In this document: positions 41,231 to 64,000 of the stretch, one piece after another | How positions within the stretch are numbered: the first letter of the stretch is position 1 | How the letters are laid out: the number at the start of each line of letters is the position of its first letter | Source of the DNA: Amoebidium appalachense | Lineage: Eukaryota; Protista; Ichthyosporea | NCBI GenBank assembly: GCA_963693365.1 | Contig: CAVNZM010000003.1 | Span: 15,235,143 to 15,299,142, forward strand | Length of the DNA stretch: 64,000 bases | Direction of reading: 5' to 3' | The notes under the pieces: generated by a model | Told to the model about the DNA's origin: nothing | Seen by the model: only the letters and a program-made list of their open reading frames with translations | Databases searched by the model: none | Made by a program: the position numbers and the translations under genes

Positions 41231-41397
41231 CGTTACTTGTGTATATCAGGAAGCAAAATATTGGGCCTTTGTATGTTTTTGTCTATGTTTTTTCGAAGTT
41301 CCTTCAAAAAGACTTTTCGTTTTCCTTTTTTTCTGCCGGCGCTCTGTTTTCGGAAATATGCGAGGGTCGAGCTTTATAGCGTCATTCAGATGAGCGC

Positions 41398-41482
41398 TGA
41401 TTGGTGGAAATCTAATATTGCATATTTTGGCGGGCAAGAAAAGCGGTCATAACATACTTTTATATCAACAAGGCTATTGGTG
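41398..41482 (-). promoter_or_regulatory. Putative CCAAT boxes upstream of cys2
   Basis: ATTGG on the + strand (CCAAT in sense) occurs at ~41400 and ~41476, about 170 and 250 nt upstream of the ATG, in non-repetitive sequence. Similar CCAAT/ATTGG motifs occur at ~21510-21555, ~23233-23271 and ~60169-60207. Confidence 0.35.
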
Positions 41483-43215
41483 AAAGCAAACTAGAGTTTC
41501 CGTTTCTAACTTATAATTCAGTTTTTTGATAAATCGAGATCATGAGCATGTATTGCTGGCAGATTCAGTGACCTGTCGACCTAACAGGCCGGACCGTCGT
41601 TGGCGCGGCCGCGGCCGTACTCAGCTGCAGACGGTGCGTGTACACACGTGTGTGTGTGCCACGGTGTGCCACACACAATGTACGTGTGTGTGTGCGTGTG
41701 TGTGTGCGTGCGTGTGTGTGTGTGTGTGTGTGAAAATATGTACACATGTATGTCTGTGTGCGTGCGTGTGCGTGTGCGTGTGTGTGCTGTGTGTGCATGT
41801 GTGCCAACGGTTTGTGTGTACAAGTAGTTTGTGTGCGCGCGCGCGTGTGCAGTGTGCCGGTGTGTGTACGCGTGTGTACACGCGCGCGTGTGTGCGTGCT
41901 ATACGTGTGTGCGTTTTTGTGTCACACGTGTGTGCATATGTGCTTGTATGTGTGTGCGTGTGCGTGTGCGTGTGCGTGCACGTGTGTGCACATGTTTGTC
42001 CATATGCGCACGTGTGTGACTGTGCATTAATATTTCTTTGTGTGCCGGTGAATTCGATCAGTGCAAGTGTGCGTGTACATGTACATGTGCCGGTTGGCTG
42101 CCATGGCGCAAGTGGCCGGATGGGTGGGTGGGAGGCGGCATTTCGGGAAGGAGGTGAAAAGGGGGGGGGGGGGGAGAGACGGCACCATCGGGTAGATAAG
42201 TTGGTTTTGATTATAATGAACGGGAAAGTCATTTGGACCAGACAATATTTATTTGGAAACACTCGAGCAATATCAATTGCAATTACAAAGTGTTCAGACA
42301 AGACTCAGAGATGCTCTTAACTATGCATAGAGCCATTGTACGATTGTGTGTGTGTGGTTCCCGCAGCCAATACGCCGAAGAGGTGGCTTTTTTTTTTTTT
42401 TTTTTTTTTGGGGGGGGGGGGGGGAAGAAGAAGGAGGGGGCGGGGGCGGAGGGGTGGGGGGAGGGGGGGGGGGGGGGGGGGGGGATCCCCGCTCCCTACC
42501 GATATCGATAACAAAAAGGAAAGACATATATTTCTGACCTATTTATTTTTGGTATCCGTACGCGTGTACTGGAAAGGAGAAGACATGGTTGTTTGTAGTT
42601 GCATATGCGCCTGGTCAGGTCAAACTAATTTACACACAGGTGCTCTTGTGTTTAGCTTTGCCTTCATACAGCGTATATCCCCCCCCCCCCCCCCCCCCCC
42701 CCCTCGTTGTTGTTGGCCCCCCCCCCTCGTTGTTGTTGGCTCGAAAAAACAAATAAACGAAATCCACAATCTATATAATGTATATCATATATAAATTATT
42801 TCAATGCCTGTAAAGGAAAGGGGGGTAGCTAGGCGTACGATTAACTTTTGGGAGCTGTAGTTTGCTGTGCGTCAAACAGCAACCCTGCAAGAAAAACACA
42901 CAAAGATATTGCACAAAATTAAAACGAATTTATGTGTCGGAGAGAAACCATAAAACCTGTACCACAAAGCTCTAGCTCTAGAGGGGCATGTATGCTAACT
43001 ATTATAATTGTTTTAACTCCCTTTCATTCAGTCAGCGATGGTAGAACATTTCAGAATCAACAACACAACATAACTACTGCTCCCAAAAGCAAACACTATC
43101 TACACGACGATTGTATTCAATTCCCCCGCTCTCAGAGTTCTTTTTTTCCTTTTGTGTGTTTTAGCGTGTGTGTGGCTAGAGCAAGCTTGTACAGAGAAAT
43201 CGCCAACAGGCATTA

Positions 43216-43263
<48 letters not shown>

Positions 43264-43345
43264 TACCACCACCACACGAAGGGGAGAAGAAAAAAAGAAA
43301 AAAGAAAAAAGAAAGAAAGAAAAGAAATGAAAAGAAAAGAAAAGG

Positions 43346-43377
<32 letters not shown>

Positions 43378-43557
43378 GGCAAGTCCACCAAAATACGAAG
43401 GGCAAAAAAAAAAAAAAAAAAAAAAAAAAGTACAGGAGAACTTGAAGGTAGAGAGGTGGCCAGGCGGGGATGGGGTGATCTCTATCCCCTTCCCCATCCC
43501 TCCCCCCTTCCTAAATGCAACACTGCACTCAAGCCCCGCGCAAGTCAAACCGGGCCA

Positions 43558-57622
<14,065 letters not shown>

Positions 57623-59479
57623 GGTACCTGCACGTGCACGCACAAAAACACGTGCACACGAAAATACGTGCACACACATATAAGCGCATACGCACACACA
57701 CACACACACACACGCACACACGCACACACACGCACACACGCACCAAAAAAAAAAAAAAAGAATAACGAAAAAGAAGAAGAAAACAGAAGGTGCGCGCAAA
57801 TGAAGTCAACAATCATGCGCACAGAGAGAAAAGGGAGGAGATGTTCAGATGCAGTGCACCCAGACAGGTGGTGTGAGACACCCCTCAATCGTAAAGCACC
57901 ACACACAACAGAAACGATAAGCGAAAAGAGCGTGTGGGCAAGCACTTACGTGACTTGAAATCGAGCGTCAGGTAAGGCAGAATCAAAACGCAAACGCAAA
58001 TTTGAGGTTCACACCAGGGGAAAGAGTTGAGTATAAGAGGAGGGGGGGGGGGGGGGGGGGGGGGGAGGTTAGAGTTGTTTCTAATAAGGCCCTTTATGAT
58101 TTGATTAGCATGACATGCACACTAGAGCGCATACATAACAGAAGTGCGCGGTTGCGCCGTTAAACGGAACAGGCAAACCATTATGCACGCAAAGAGCCAC
58201 AGACGAAAGGCAAGAGCTACATGTGGGCAAACACGGGCACTTCCACCCATACACACATACACACTTAACACACGACACACACACACCCAATGCAGGTACA
58301 CACATGCTTCCCTTCGACAACTTACAGGGATGTGCCTACAGAATCCTCGTGTAACCCCTGCACATGGCTAATGACACACACATGATATTTTATTTCTCGT
58401 CCGTTCACATGTGTCAGCAAATACAAACGTGCAACGACATGCGTGTAAACAAGCACATACATGCATGCCCCAATCACATGACCCCGGCCCACACATACAC
58501 AGGCCTGAGGCTTTTCATAGACACGCAGACATAAGTAGGCACAAGGGGAATCACTAGCATCCAAAGCGGACTGCGCGCAGCATCAAGTCTCGCTGTCCTG
58601 TCACCCACACTCACCTGTATGGCCTTATGTATGTCTTAGACGAAGCGGATCTTTTGAAAAACTCGGCTTCGATTTCACTAATATTAGTGTCAACTTGTCT
58701 TTCCGTATCCCGGGTACACTAGTGCATTAAGAGGCATATGGATGCAAACAGTCAAGGTGTGTATTTGAGTCCTTGAGTTACCATAAGCTAGGCGGTATGC
58801 AAGGGAAAAAAGCTTCGAACCATCCCAGAGGAAAGTTTCCACCAGCACCAGCCCCGCCGGCTTTTCTGCACGTAAATCGGGTTTCAGATGGATTGTCTTT
58901 ACACTTGAAGATAACTGTATACTTATATGGGCCGTACGCAGAAGAAAAAGCTTCAACTATATAATGAGAATACGGTTTCACCAACGCAACACGCTTTTCT
59001 GTCTCACCAACAAGTGACTGGGCCACCAAGAACACTGCACACAGTGGTGACGTAGTACCTTGATATGCAATGACGATGGTGGAAGGGGGCAAAAGTACCA
59101 CGAATGTTATGCTACGTAAGCGTCATGGGCTCTCTAACACTGTACTTCAGACTCTCCAAGCTCTTTGCTTCATATTTATCTATTATAGTTTTTATTATTT
59201 TCATGTCATTTCATATGGTTGTATTTTCAACCATGTGCGCTTTAAATGCTTTGTTAACGTGTCTTGAACGTTTCTGACTCCACACCAGTGACACCACACG
59301 GCCACTTTTGCTCCCTTCCATACTAGCGAATCAGAAATAGATTTGGCTTTTAGTAAGCAGGGTTTGCCAAGTTTTCTTGGAAAAACCCGGGCAATTTGGT
59401 GCTTTTCTCAGTGCTTTTGCCTCTTTGACTGGGGATTTCTGTAAAAAAGGAAACGAGAAGGCGGAGCGTGATTGCAAGC

Positions 59480-59770
59480 CCTGCTAACACTGAGCCGCTT
59501 TCAATTGGCTAAACGCGCATCACGCTCTAGCCGGGCGGTCCATTGCTATCCGGCCCGACCCGACCCAGCGCTGGCCGGTTCAGTTGTTCGCGGCCGCCGG
59601 CGGCGCGCGCCGGCGCGCCGGCCCGCAAGGCCGTGTATGCAGCAGCATAGCCGCGGCCGCGCAGCTCAGTCGGCTCGGGTCGGCGGGCTGACCCGACCCA
59701 AAAGGGTGCAAGAAGCGGCGGCATGCTCAAAGAGCTGAGCTCCGGCCTGCAAGTCGGACGCCTGCCACAA
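59480..59770. promoter_or_regulatory. CpG/GC-rich, self-complementary island between divergently transcribed genes
   Basis: Dense CpG (GCGGCCGCCGGCGGCGCGCGCCGGCGCGCCGG) with CCCGACCCGAC / GGGTCGG motifs lies between the dynamin 5' end (-) and the gene at 61711 (+). Confidence 0.4.
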
Positions 59771-61710
59771 CTTCTCTGTGCCACACGACTCAGGCTCTCC
59801 TTTAGTCACTCTGAGCTGGGGCCTCTAGCATACCTTGTATGTTGCCGCAGTACGTAAGCCAGCGGGTACAAAGCCTTGGAGACTAGCTCTCCTTCCACTT
59901 TTACCTTCGTAGTTATACTACTGACATGTAGACGTAAGTTGCACACGACGCGCTAATCAGCATAAACATACAACTGCCCCCCCCCCCCCCCCCCCCCTTT
60001 CCCCCAAAAACCGTACACCATCATCTGCCAGTATAGTACCAACTCTTCCTTCCCCATCCCCACCTCCCCCAAAATTTTAGCTCGGTCGAAGGGAACGCAG
60101 CTAGCAGATCTCATTAGACTTGCAAGGAAAAATAATAGTGACTAATATTAGCCCGCTTCTTTTTTAGCCAATCGATTCTTTCCCCAACGGCGAGCCGCCT
60201 GCAATTGGTCAAAAACGCTTCACATTATATATTTTTGAAGCACTTATTACCTGTAGGCCTACAATACGTGTTTACAAAATAAACATTTGAGCTCACTGTA
60301 TCTTATTAGCGGTAACTGAGTTGAGTACACCTAGCCCAATATTAGACCAGGCCCGTATTGTTGTTGTTGCCGGACTCCGATGATCGAACCTATCCAACCT
60401 TACAATCACACGGTGTGGTTTGTATCCGCCAATCATCTATCGCCTTGATTCGAATAGATTTCAATAGATCTTGGACCAAACAGCACGGCCGGCGTCACCG
60501 CACCGGCGGCGCAGGGCATGTATCCGTTTACCCTAAGCTCTTTGAAACGCTATTTCAAGAAAACTACGGCGGCTTCAGGAGGAGTTATTTTTTCTATATA
60601 TCTATCATTTTCCTATTTATCTATATGTAACGTTTAATGACTCAACTGCTGGATATCCCCAAATGCATCCCTGCGCGTACGTAGTTCGCGTACATACTGG
60701 CGCTCGTATACGTACGTACGTGTGCGCAAGCCACGGCCGAACTCGAGTGTGATTCACGCTGCCACGCGCACATGAGCACGTAGTGCGCTTTACAGACAGC
60801 AAACATGCGTACAATGTGCTGTATACTACAACACCAATAAAACGAATAGCAAACCTTATACATTTTAAATTCTGATATGCATGTACCTGCAGATGTTTTC
60901 CAGATCTCTGCACAGACGGCACCATGTGCGCACCTACCGTCTGTGCACGTGTTTGGAGGAATTTGGCGCCCGTAATGATGGCACGTGCACGCACCGTGTG
61001 GCTTTCCTTGGCCAAGGCCTGTCATGATTGTAAAAGAATGCTGGACCACAAGTACTATTGGTTGTCACAGAATGTGCAAATATGTATAAGCACGTGCGAG
61101 GTCCATATGGTTAAACCAATTGCAACTAACAAACACGGTTGCTATTGGGTGATACGGAACTAGCACATTTTTTATCCGGTCTTCGAGTGGGTATAAAAGG
61201 CATGCCCGTAGGTCTGGGGCACAGTTTTGCAGCCAAAAATCAGTGGCGCACTTACTACTTTAGCAATTTGACATATATGCATGTTACTGCTTGCTAACCT
61301 AAGACTTGCGCTGGTACATAGCAAATTGCAGGCATTTTGTAGCTTAGCCTAGCTAGCTGCACCGGCACCACTTAACCAACTCTCGCATACTGTACGCATT
61401 AGTTTATAGCAGAATAAACATCGTTACCAAACCAGACGCTGTGTAAATCATTATGATACATGCGCGCAAGCTTGCATTATTTTTCCGATTGTAGACACAC
61501 ACTGATTAATGTGTATACTGTAGTTACTACTGTAGACACACCAGAATCCTTATGAGCCCCCTATGATCGTACCCACGTGCACTTAATGCATAAAAATAAC
61601 ATCCTACGCAGTGTAATAGTATGGTTCAAGAACTGAATAACAATTTGTAGGTATTCATCACCCAAGGCAAAAACATATCAGCCAAATAGGGTTTAAACAC
61701 TAAACAAAAC

Positions 61711-63844
<2,134 letters not shown>

Positions 63845-64000
63845 GCATGTACTCTATACGTGACCTGCATCCAATGATAGAATGGTGTGCGCACATCGCG
63901 AGAAAAACATCCCCCTTCCATTTCCTTCCATCTATATTAATGATTGCGCACGTGTATTTTCAATTTGTTTGGATTTCTCCTATACACCACATTGCTTTAC

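Noticed and set aside
41540-42680. Possible small + strand gene divergent from cys2 (exon-like pieces at ~41588-41633, ~42367-42382, ~42640-42672)
   Set aside because: No phase-consistent, stop-free assembly or recognisable product could be built.

Overview
Eukaryotic, intron-rich genomic DNA. Gene content suggests a unicellular opisthokont or similar protist (inference). Nearly all ORF-track entries are translations of poly-G/poly-C, (CA)n/(GT)n and (GA)n/(TC)n tracts, so genes were rebuilt by hand from short exons with phase-consistent splice sites. Five genes were found: (1) a 5'-truncated DPY19-family C-mannosyltransferase (+, <1-13214); (2) a two-exon class-C-GPCR-like 7TM protein with an extra N-terminal TM helix (+, 23499-25870); (3) a 12-exon, probably mitochondrial Cys2/MetX-family serine/homoserine O-acyltransferase (-, 28255-41230, 445 aa); (4) a 15-exon atypical compact dynamin-related GTPase (-, 43558-57622, 639 aa) with a 15-nt microexon; (5) the 5' part of a secreted or membrane protein with a bacterial-type solute-binding-like domain (+, 61711->63844). 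The most notable features are: the non-canonical, possibly giant-virus-type dynamin; a dispersed intronic 100-200 bp element that is always co-oriented with its host gene and ends in CATTC(T)AA plus poly-C; G/GT-first and C/CA-last polarity in many introns, with (CA)n-CAG acceptors; repeated duplications of splice junctions inside introns; GC-AG introns; and a TA-flanked MITE. No database searches were run, so family calls rest on motif recognition.
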